NCBI GenBank assembly: GCA_943704425.1
Contig: CALSCP010000313.1
Span: forward strand, 170,713 to 234,712
Reading direction: 5' to 3'
DNA length: 64,000 nucleotides
Origin: Ministeria vibrans ATCC 50519
Lineage: Eukaryota; Protista; Filasterea
Below the pieces are notes generated by a model, which did no database searches, was not told the origin of the DNA, and worked only from the letters and a program-made list of their open reading frames with translations. This document shows, piece by piece, positions 25,386-39,499 of the stretch (position 1 is the first letter of the stretch; the number at the start of each line of letters is the position of its first letter). The position numbers were made by a program, and so were the translations under genes.

Positions 25386-27261
25386 ATGCCACGACAAAGT
25401 TTCTCTCGCTCGAAAAGGTCATCACAAATCCACCAAAGAAGGTTATTTTGTCGCTCATACGCAAATACGCAGACGAGCAAGTACCACGAGCGCGATGGAA
25501 TCGTTGCTGTTCAACGTGTCAAATCCGTCCACGCGTGGCGCAGGAATGCATATGCGCACATTCTGACGTTGCGGTGGAGTTGGGTCCTCTTCACTCTGCT
25601 TGTCGCTGTATTTGCTCTCTCTCTCGTCTTCGCCGCGCTGTACGCGATTGACTCGCGCGGTCTCGACATCACCGATGGCACCAATCGGTTTGCGGCCGCC
25701 TACTTGTATGCTCTCTCCGTCACCACGACCGTCGTCGACTCGCCTTATCCCGCCAATTCGCACTACACTGTGTGTCTGTCCAACCTGCAAATGATCATCT
25801 CACAGGTACTGCTGCATCTATATAGGCGTAGCCACAGGCGCCATTTTTTTTTCTGCCACACTCTAAACGTACACACATGCTTTGTATCAGCTGCTGTGGG
25901 TGTTCACAACGGGCATTGTGTTTGCGCGTCTCTCGCAGCCAATGCCCGAGTTGTCCATGGCGAACACGTTTGTCACGACGCGCCTCGGCGACTACGACCA
26001 TCTGTTGCTGCGGGTGGTGCTCACTGGCGAACCCCCGACGCTGCTTAGTGTCACGTTCAACATCGAGATGGGTTTATTCCGTGTGTGTCCTGTGACAGGT
26101 CCCTTTATTATGCTGCGTATGCTTGAGCTCTCTCGTCCCTTCGTCCCGCGCATGCGCTTTGCCGCAACCTTACGCCACATTATTGACGAGTCGTCGCCGC
26201 TGTGGGGCGTCTCGCTTGATGAACTAACTGCCCCCGACTCGACTAGCTTCTTTAATGTGTCCGTCTTTGCAACGCATCCCGTGTCAATGCAACCCGTCAT
26301 GGTCACACGCGAGTACGCAGGCAGCGACATCCGCGTCAACCACCACTACGAGAACATGATCAACATGAGCGACCCGCGCTACACCAAGCTCATTGATCAC
26401 ACTCTGTTGCATTCCACCATTCCTGCAATGCCGGGCGACGACACATGTGGAGAAGGGCCAACGGTTGTGGCGGATGGCGACGCAGTCGAGGTGGGTCACG
26501 TTGATGAGGAAGACCCATCTAGCGCAGGAGGAGCTGCAGAGCCCAGCGTGCATCTGACACAAGAGCAGCAGTTACACGCTCACGAGGAGGATGCGGACAC
26601 TGGCGAATGGCGTGGACGTGTGGGGCGCAGCGCGCGCGTCTTGCGTGCCCCCTCCTCCATCTCCATGTTGAGCACTCACTCCCACAACCGCCCACTACTC
26701 GCCACCACCGACAACGTTTCAATTGCCATGGCCGAAATGCACGACCGTGGACGACTCTCATACAACCCGCGCGCCGCCCGCCCTGCGTCCACTACAAGCC
26801 ACATGAGTGCCCTTAACCCGCGCGCCACTCATCGGCCTGCATCAACTGCATCGGTCGTGAGCGTCGCTGACAACGAGCATGGCCACGACATCCACAGCCA
26901 TGACACTGGGATGCCTGTCGTCACTACCCGTGCCGTCCAGGGCAACCTTGACGACGGCAGCGCTGGACAGGTGGGCATCTACACCGTCAACGCTGCCGAC
27001 CTCGTCGTCTCCGACAACACCGCCACTCCTAGCGGCAATGCGAGTCTCCATGTGCCCTACGCGCCCGTCGGTAGTGCCACTCCCACCTCCTCCTCTTCCG
27101 TTCTTCCCTCCGTCGCGCATCTCCGCTCCCACTCTTCTCGTCCCACGAGCACCATGTCCTCCCAGTCGACTGTGAGTCACCATCTTGAGATTACGCCCGG
27201 CTCCACGCCCCAGACCTTTCGTCTTGGCGACACTCTCATCACAGTCAATCCAGCAACGTAG
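25386..27261 (+). CDS. Inward-rectifier (Kir/KirBac-like) channel with non-canonical filter (2 exons; start uncertain)
   Basis: Slide helix/M1 YAHILTLRWSWVL..FAALY, M2 TGIVFARLSQP, cytoplasmic HIIDESSPL; intron about 25806-25890. Confidence 0.85.
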
Positions 27262-27366
27262 GAGCGCATCATCAACATCAACAACATAATTGAATATGTC
27301 CTACTCTTTGTACTCGCTATATAACTTAAGTTTATTTTATCATATTGAATTGATGATGACACAGGC

Positions 27367-29378
27367 TCAAGAGAAGTATGAGTCGATCCAGTCGTTCCAT
27401 TGCTGCTGCCAGAAGGACTGAAGAGCGGTGGACTCCTCAGGGGAGGCAGCAATGCACGCAATGGAGTTGAGAGCGAGCTGCTTGAGCGTGCCCAGCGTAA
27501 CAGTGCTGTTGCCCATGCCCACATACTAAATGACAAGGATGGAAGTAAGAGAAGCGAAATGAGAAAACTGTTCATACCGTTTCAAAGTAGTCGTAGACAA
27601 CATTGGTGCCAAATACAGCGGGATCGTCAGAGCTAGAAAGAAAAAGAGAAAGAGAAGGGGAGAGAAAGTGAGAGAGATCGTGAGACAACACGACAAGGAA
27701 CATGCGACGACATACAAACACACACACTCACTGCTCTCATTCACTCACTGCTCTCATTCAATCGCTGCTCTCATTCACTCGCTGCTCTCATTCACTCACT
27801 CACTTTCACACACACATACTTGATTGTGACGCGAAGCGCGCCGTCGGCAAGAAAGGCCATTAGAGGATGGTTGCGCAGGTCAGCGACCAGCTTGAGCACC
27901 TGGTTGCTGATGGGCGACACCTCAACACAGACACCCTGGGCGTGCGCATGCTCAACCAGCAGTGGGTGGTGGGCCAGTGCATAGCCATGACCAATGCGTC
28001 GCGTTCCGAGGAGCAATGCGTCATACAGATTCCCGTCGACTGTGGTTCCCTCCCAGTTGGTCTCTCCCGCGTGAAAGTAGAATGGGATGCTTACGTTGGC
28101 TGCTTTCTGTGCACTCACAAAGTCCAACAGCGTTGCCGCAAAGTACTCGAGTGGGTAACCCGAGTCCTCGCGAGCAACAAGGTCAAACCCCATTAGTTGC
28201 GTCGGGTACTGTGCCTTCATCACCAGGGCAAGCTTCCACGCCGCCTCAATGCTGCTCACTGGCTCAAACCGCAACCCAGAGTAAATCACCTTGGCACCAA
28301 AAAACTCGTTGGGCATCTCACGCTTGACCGTCTCGGCTGCGGCCACAATGAGCCCAAGGACACGCTCGGGCGGATACACAGTCCCTTGCTCGTCCACCAC
28401 AGGATCCAACACAGCGCGAATCTCAACCCAGGCTAGGCCATTCTTGGCCTCTCGTCGAAACGCCTCCTCTTGGTACCCAGTGTACACTGGCAAGTAGTGC
28501 AATAGACCGTCACTATAAACACAGATGTAGCGTAAGCGGAAAGTAAAACGAAAAAACCCATTAACAAATTGACATTATATTTTGTCAGGTACCAAAGATC
28601 GAGTCTCGCCTGAAACTGCGTCCAGACAATGCCTTCGTTCGGGTAGCGCTCGTAGGGATCGGGAACAATCAGTGTCAAGTTGGCATACATGGCATCGTCA
28701 TACGCAGTTGCGTTTTTCGACGCAGACCGCGCGGCATTGACCGACTGCCACTCGCACTGGGTGGGTGCGCCGTAGATGGAGCCCGTGGCACGGAAGCGCG
28801 CAATCTGCTCGGGACTCGACCAGCGCTTGGGTCGGCCATACGCATCTCCAAGTGGATGTGCTCGCCGTCCAGTCGGGGGCTGTGTAGTGTTGGTCAGGAG
28901 GGGAAGAAACCAGAAGGAAGAGGGGAGAAAAGAGAGAGGGAATGAGTCATACCTGTGAGAAATAGGCGTAGTGCTGAACTCCCTCTTCGTCAAAGCACGT
29001 GTAGCAATCGGGCCGATAGGAGGCGTTGGCGATGATCCAGTGGAGATCCAGGCGACTGTTTTCGTGCAGGTGGAGCATTGCGCCTTTGGGCATGGCCTGC
29101 AGGCGCGCGAACAACTCGGTGTGTTCGATCGCATCGCGGCTGTGGAAAATGTGGAGCGACGGCAGCGGCGCACCGTCGTCCATGTGGGCTGCAACACGGG
29201 CACTCTTCAGCGACTGCAAGTGCGCATCCACAGCTGCCTCCTTGGCCGACAGCCGCGCCGTCTGTCTCATGGCTGTCTCGGCGTCAACCAGCTTTGCACG
29301 GTCGCGCATGTACGAAGCGAGGTCGGCGGACACCATCGCCACCGCACACACCAATACAATTGCCACTCCTCGAACCAT
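27367..29378 (-). CDS. ADA2: Secreted adenosine deaminase 2 (ADGF/CECR1 family)
   Basis: Signal peptide; MPKGAMLHLH, GFDLVARED, FHAGET, DALLLGTRRIGHG, EVSPISNQVL, SDDPAVFG, LKQLALNSI. Confidence 0.92.
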
Positions 29379-29472
29379 ACTGCACAATGAGGAACTGAAT
29401 AATTTGACTTTTATGAACGATCGAGAGTTCATCGAGATTCAAGATTCAAGTCATTCTTTTTTTTCTTTGGAA

Positions 29473-29648
29473 ATGAGTCGCGACGCCACGACAGGTCGAC
29501 GAAACGCTCGCAAAGTGATTGAGTGGATTCTAGCGGTTGCGATTGTTGTTGTGTGCAGCACCGTGTTGTTCCAGGCGAGATCTGCGCGACTATTACGTGA
29601 AGAGGAAGGTAAAGAGTGGTTTGTCGTTTCGCCTTAGCGATGTCCTTA

Positions 29649-29732
<84 letters not shown>

Positions 29733-31975
29733 TATCTGGTACCATTGAAGCTGTGAGACAGGCGAAAAACACGGCGCGGCAGGACAGCCTGTCGAGGCAG
29801 CGGGCAAGAGCAACGGCGAGCAAAGGACAGCCGCTTGTGCTCAACATCACAAAGGCCATTGACAACTTGGACACCAATGCCGTCCTGGAACTGCTGAAGG
29901 GGAAGACGGTTCCGCAAGGAGCGGTACGTTGATCGTTTGCAAGGGGAGGAGGGAGGGAGAGGGAGAGAGAGAGGGGATTGACAAAGTGATAGAGAGGAGA
30001 ATCAAAGTGATAGAGAGAGAGAGAAACAAAAGTGGTAGAGAGAGAGAAACAAAGTGATAGAGATTTATCAAAGTGATAGAGAGAGAAACACAAAGTGATA
30101 GAGATTTATCAAAGTGATAGAGAGAGAAACAAAGTGATAGAGAGAGAGAAACAAAAGTGGTAGAGAAAGTGATAGAGAGGAGAAACAAAGACTAGAGAGA
30201 GAACCAAAGTGAGAGTGAAACAAAGTGATAGAGAGTGACCAGAAGCTGAAACTTCTGTTGCTTAGGGAATCGTCCGGTACTCCGTATCTCATGGTGAGTG
30301 TGTTGCGACACGTTTGCTATTAGAGGCGGGTGGCAATGTTAATGAAGTGTGTGAGCAGGAAGGGGTTACGCCATTGATGCAGGTACACCAAGCAGTTCAC
30401 GTATGGTCAATGACTTTAATATTAAATTATCTAATGTTTAGGCTTCACGACGTGGTTTTGTTGACTGCGCACGCACCTTGCTTGAAGCGGGGGCGGACGT
30501 TGCCATTGCGGATACGGCAGGCTGGACGGCACTGCACTGGGCAAGTGGCGCGCCTCCGGAGACGCAAGAGTCACTCGGAGCACTGCTCTTGGAATTTGGC
30601 TCGACAAGTGTGCCTGATTTGGAAGGAATGACGCCCTTGCATCACGCCGCGGACTCGGGCTCGACTATTCTTGTAGAGACGCTTTTGCGCGAGCCTGGAC
30701 TTGACTTTGACACGGTCGACAAGTCTGGTTATTCACCTATGCTCAGTAAGGCAGGAGCGATGAGTATCACACGTGTCTCTAATCGATGCCCCTTTCTTTG
30801 ATTGTAGCGGCCACGATGCTAAACTACCAAGGCATTGCACGAAGGCTGATTGAGATTGGGGCGAACGTGAACTTGCGCGCCAACGACGGACTGGCGGCGA
30901 TCCACTGGGCGGCGCAGGACGGACTCGACGACACGCTTGCGACGCTGTTGCTGTACGGTGCCGACCCGCTGCTGCGCATCAATAGCACTATACAGTGGAC
31001 GCCGTTGCAGCTGGCTATTGCCACGCACGACCGCCGCATCGTCGACACCCTCACCGAGTTCTCGGAGGCGACACGCGACGCACACGATCCCATCACGACC
31101 ATGCTGCCAGTACACACGGCCGTCGCCCTGGGGTTTACCGACATCTCCGAGGCGCTCGTGTGGGGTTCCGCTGCCGAGGTCGGCCAAATTCTCGAGTCGA
31201 CCAGTTGGGGAATGCAACCCCTTCACGTGGCAGCGCTCACTGGCAACATTGGACAGGTAGTGCTATATATAATTATTATAATAATTAATTATTGTAATTA
31301 TAATAATTATTATAATAATAATAATAATTATTATTAATAATTATTATTATTATATATATATAAATGTGTGTGTGTCTGTGTGTGTGTGTCGTTGCGAGTG
31401 ATGATTGACATGCGTTGTTATTGCAGGTGATATCTTTGTTGCAGATGGGGGCGGATCCACTGGCTGTGGCGGACACGGGACTGGATGCGTTGCAGATTGC
31501 ACAGGCTATGGGTCATAGCTATGTTGTGCAGGTACTGTCGGAGCTGGGCCACATGGAAGTTGCTGTGGACACAGACGCTTCTTACCAAGCGGCCGAGAGT
31601 GTCGAGAGAGTGCCGTCGGACCATCTTTCTATGGAAGACATGTCGAGCTCTATTCCACTGGAGGAGCTGATTGAGGCAGAGGCGGAGTGGGAGGAGGTGC
31701 CTTTGGACGGGAGGGCTACAGTGCCCGGTACGCCTAGCTTTGGGGATGTGCAAACAAGGGTGCACCAGAACACAGCAGATGCAAGCCAGACGGCGGCGGC
31801 GACGACGACAGCGACAAAGAAGAAGAAGAATAAGAAGAAGAAGACCAAGAAGAAGAAGATTAATAAGCGCACTAGTGCGGACGGTGTGGCCAGCGGTCCC
31901 GAGTCATCATCCGCCGGAACCTCCCCTGTCTTTGAGCCTGAGATCCCCCCCGTTGTTGTTGGCGGTGTCCTCTAG
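29473..31975 (+). CDS. Ankyrin-repeat protein with N-terminal membrane anchor (multi-exon)
   Basis: Basic N-terminus then hydrophobic WILAVAIVVVCSTVLF; ankyrin GWTALHWA, GMTPLHHAA, GLAAIHWAA, WTPLQLA, GMQPLHVAA. Confidence 0.8.
29980..30235. repeat. Same CAAAGTGATAGAGA minisatellite in an ankyrin-gene intron
   Basis: Multiple direct copies visible. Confidence 0.85.
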
Positions 31976-32121
31976 TGAGTGGTCTTCATGTTTTTTCTCA
32001 AGGACATGCGTTTATGTCACTTTATGTTGTGTGGTCTTCATGTTTTTTTTTTTTTTTTGCGCAACAAAATATTGTAACGGAGTCATTCAAAAGTAACTGA
32101 ATAAATTTTAATATTAATTTT

Positions 32122-33880
32122 ATGATACACCGACTTTCATCGTACGTATTTGCTGCGCGGCGAGCACGTCTATTTAGTGACAGAGCCAAGGAATCGCCTC
32201 TGGCGCACCTTCGATCGCGGCAGCTGCTCGCCAACGCGACGGCGGGAGCTGAGCATGTTCTGGCACAGCCTGGCGGCGCGATCTACTGCGGATTCGACCC
32301 TACCGCCGATGATCTGCACGTTGGAAGCCTGCTGACCATGTCAGCTCTGGCGCACCTGCAGCGGTACGGACGACACTGCGACTGATTTTGAGCTCAACTC
32401 CCTTCGACAGATCAACCGGAAAGCAACTCATCTGTCTTGTGGGCGGTGCGACGGGTCAAATCGGCGACCCAACAGGCCGGTCCACCGAGAGACAGCCGCT
32501 GACGGAGGAGGTGCGACGTGAACATCGTTTGAGAGTCGTACTCACATCGCACTGTTCCGTGGCAGACGCTCAACTCGAATCTGGCTGGGATATCAGCGAC
32601 TCTCCAGCGCATTCTCGTTGATCGATTAGGTGTGCCGGGTGACAGTCTGATCATTGTAGACAACCGCGAGTGGTATGATCGGATGAGCGCCATAGAGTTT
32701 ATGAAGGTCAGCATTGGTGGTTGTCGCTGAAGCTGATGCGCCTGCTGTTGTCGCGCAGGCTGCAGGATGTCACATGCGAGTGAATGCGATGCTTGCACGG
32801 GACTCTGTCAAACAACGCCTGGCTGCTCGTCCCAACGAGTCTGTGTCGCTGGCCGAGCTGACCTACCAAGCATTCCAAGTAGGAACATCCACCTTGCTCG
32901 CTCGTCTTTCTCTTACACACACACACTCTCTCTCTCTCCCTCCTCATTTTTCTGACGATAGGCTTATGATTTTTTGCATCTCCATCGACAGTATGGGTGT
33001 ACAGTGCAGCTGGGAGGCAGCGACCAGTGGGGGAACATCACAGCAGGCACATCCCTCATCCGGCGACACACAGTTGGTGACCATCCGGACAGTGACAGCG
33101 ATGACCACCAGACGTCGCCCGCCTCGTCTTCTTCGTTCTCTGCTGTATGTGCTGGCATCACCGTGCCACTGGCAGTGACCAGTGCAGGCGAGAAGATTGG
33201 AAAGTCTGCAGGAAATGCCAGTTGGCTCAATCCCGAAAAGTAGCGAGCGATTTTCGTTTGCACTAGTTCGATCAAACCCTCCGTTTTTTTTTTTATATGT
33301 GTTTAGGACTTCCCCCTACGACTTGTACCAGTACTTTATGGGCACGGCGGACGCGGACTGTACCTCTCTGCTGCTGCGCTTCACAGCGTTGCCCGCTGCG
33401 CAAGTGGCCGCGCTGTGCAGTGTCGTGGGCGAGCGGGCGGCGCAGCAGCATAATGTGGCACATGCATTGACACGACTAGTGCACGGGGAGGATGCTGCCG
33501 ATGCGGCACAGCGCAAGGCCCATCGAATGTTCTATGTAAAACGACCGCTGGATGGGCCAGTGCAGGCGGATGAGACGTGTGTGACGGTGGGAGTGCGGGA
33601 GAGCGAGGTGCTTGGTGAGGGAGGCGAGGAGATGGTGCGCGTGCGAGTGCCGTTGCGACGACTGCTGCGTGAAGCACAGCTGGTGGGTAGTTCGCGTGAG
33701 GCAACGCGGACGGTGGAAGAACAGCGTGTGCAGGTGGGACGCACCGACGACTCAGATGCCGTGGCAGTGTGGCAGCATACACACCTGGAGACGACGGTGG
33801 GGGCGACGGTGCGCCTCCGCCTGGGCAAGCGACGTAGTGCTCTCGTGCATTTTCAAAAGCAAACAAGCTCGCCAGAGTGA
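32122..33880 (+). CDS. YARS2: Mitochondrial tyrosyl-tRNA synthetase (multi-exon)
   Basis: Presequence; [50 protein letters not shown]4-like tail ending LRLGKR. Confidence 0.92.
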
Positions 33881-33932
33881 AGCAGCCAAACGTTTGTACT
33901 TTTTATTACTGTCTATTTTTCGTTTCTTTTTT

Positions 33933-36793
<2,861 letters not shown>

Positions 36794-37035
36794 GCTTTTA
36801 CGTATCATCAACAGGAAAAATCAAATTATTTGAGTGATAAATCTCAGTGATTAAAGTGAAAAGTCACAAACTACTAAGAATGCTGTGAATATAATACAAT
36901 GGATTATGAAAAAAAAAACAACATACTATAATTATGTATAATTAATCATAACAATTATTCCAATGACACTAATAATTATCATTATCAACTTTATCATGAG
37001 CATTAAAAAAGAAAAACAATTAATATATTATTAAT

Positions 37036-39292
37036 TTAAAAAAAATCCTTGAGCTTAGTGCGCGACACATCAAAGTCAACTCCGGTCACGACGAGCCGGG
37101 CGCGTCGACCGCGGCCCAACTTGGACCACTTCTTCTTCTGCCACTGTACCCACTCGGTGAGCCCGCGCGACAGTACCAGTGGCTTTCCCGAATCAGCGGC
37201 GCGTGCCACATGCCTTTCCAGTCGCTGTGTCATGTTGTCCCAGCGGATCCAGGTCGGTACACCATTGCCTACCAGCGGTATCCATGGGAAGCGCAAACGG
37301 TTCAGATACTTGAGCTTCAATGTTGGCATGACTTCCTGTGCGTCGCGCTGCGCCAACACCCACATCCCCAACCCTCCTTCGTAGCTGGGGAACACTCGCG
37401 AATGCTGATTTCGCTCCAAAAACCGCTTCAACTCGCAATACCGCGCCCACCACTTCTTTCCAATCTTGTGCGGTCGCTCTTCTTCCTCATATTTGTCAGC
37501 GTCGCCCATTCCTCTGTCCAAAGGCACGTCGTCACCAGAGTCGTCATCCAAATCTTCTTCTACCTCTTCCTCCTCCTCTTCTGCCTCCTCTTCCTCCTCC
37601 TCCTCCCCTTCCTCCTCCTCCTCCTCTTCCACGCTCGCCACCGAGTCACTTCCTCGCCCAACAACCGCCTCCATCCCAGCCTCAGGTTTTCTCCGCTTTC
37701 GACGCACCGCTCTCGTCCCAACCCCTTCCTCTTCTCCGTCCTCCCCGTCCTCTCCGTCCTCTCCGTCGCCCAGCGCCCCCTGCGCCTTGCGCTTCATCTC
37801 CCGATACACCACCGCATCCGGATCAAGTGGATCCACCAACTGCATTCCCGTCTCATACGCACGTGCCTTTTCCATCACAGCATCTGCATCGCGTTCCATC
37901 TGCTTTGCCATCCGACGAATCTGGTTCTCCATCCTTCGCACTGTCTGTTCCGCCGTAATCTGTCGCTTGTGCTTCTCTTCACCCACCGTTGAGAACCTAA
38001 ACCCCAACGTTTCCAACTGCATCTCCCGCACACGCGTCATTTGACCGCGTTGCAGCCGCAACGGCTCAAGCCATTCCGCTAACAGAAATTTTTTTTTGTG
38101 TTCATGACTAATCTCGGGTGTGTCTCACTCTCACCTGCTGCGCGTTCTCCGGGACTTTGTGCCGTGTCCGGTGACATTCTCAGGTGGCCGTGAGCATTCC
38201 AAAAGGCAACAAGAGTGGCGCGATGGGTCTCAAAGTCGGCATCGGTCGCGGCGGCGCGCACTGTCTCGGGGTCACGCACAACGCCGGGCAGCTCGTAGAG
38301 ACGGATGCGTGTCGCTATCAGAGGGAATCCCATGGCTGTGAGCATAAACACACGGTCACCAGGCATCTTTCCTTGCTGAAACTCGCGCCGTTTGGCCGTC
38401 AGCCAGCGGTAGAGGTCGCGGTTGTGCGTGGGAGGTATGAGTGCATTGCCATGCTCGTTGACAAAGCCAACGACACGCAGCATCTGTCGCATAAAGACAT
38501 CTTCAAAGGAGGACAATGTCACGCGCCCTCCTCCTGCCATCTCCTGCAATCGAAATACCCGTGGTAACACCATTAAACTCTGACCATGGAGTCGTCGCTC
38601 CTGCCTCATCCACATGCCCATTGCTTGACGACTCGCCTCGCGAGGATGCGCCAGCGTCTCCGACGCCCAACCATTGGCCAGGTACTCTTCGCACTCGAGC
38701 AAAAAACGCTCCCACTGAGACGTGGAAGTACACAGCCAAGGGCGCGACGGATTGCGCGGGTCCACACTCAGATTCAAGGTGGGCACCGTCGAAGAGGAGG
38801 CCGAAGAAGGCGCCGACGTTCCCGTCGTGCTTGAGGAGGAGGTGTGTGCTGTCGCTGCAAGAGCAGCGTTTCCGCTTGACCCCAATGCAACAGGACTACT
38901 AGCATTTGAGGCAGCCCCTCGAGCCACAGCTTGCTGAAGGGGCACCAAATCCACCTTGTGGACGGTGTTTCTCGCTCGCAACAATGTCTGAAACTGTATT
39001 GCCTCGAGTTGTCGCTTCTCCCACTTTGTCAGGGAGCTGTAGCGCTTGGCCACATCCTCAACAAAGGCCGCCAAAGCAACATACGGCATCTCGCAGTCGA
39101 CGTGTGCCGTGCCCGTCGCGCGAGAGTACTCGCGCAGTTGAATCTACGGGAAAGACACGAAACACCTTCTTTAATCGGCCCTGTCTGCTTCACATTCGCC
39201 TGTGTGGCTGCCATCTTTACCACCATGCGTTTATATGTTGCTTTGTTCTTTCTCCATGGCGTCGACAAGCCACTTGAGCAAACAAAGGACAT
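37036..39292 (-). CDS. Protein of multiple helicase-associated (HA-like) repeats, no helicase domain (3 exons)
   Basis: Recurring W/F..L..F....G...[VI]P.....L..W...QR units, e.g. WWARYCELKRFLERNQHSRVFP..LGMWVLAQR..LNRLRFPW and FVNEHGNALIPP..LYRWLTAKRREF..LTAMGF. Confidence 0.7.
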
Positions 39293-39499
39293 GTAATAGA
39301 ATTTTTTTGCAATTTCAGTGATCAGTTACAAAGTTTCCAGCACTGCACAATTTTATTTACTCGCGCCAGTCACGAAATTGTTTTTTATGGATGACTATCC
39401 AGTGACGAGTGACGACAGTGCTTGCCGTCACCATGTGACCTACTTGAGATCCTGTGTTGTAACAATTGTTATGACGTGTATTTTGTCTGTGTCTCTCTC

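Noticed and set aside
27725-27800. Four copies of a ~17-bp repeat (cactgctctcattca)
   Set aside because: Local intronic slippage repeat in ADA2 with no further structure.
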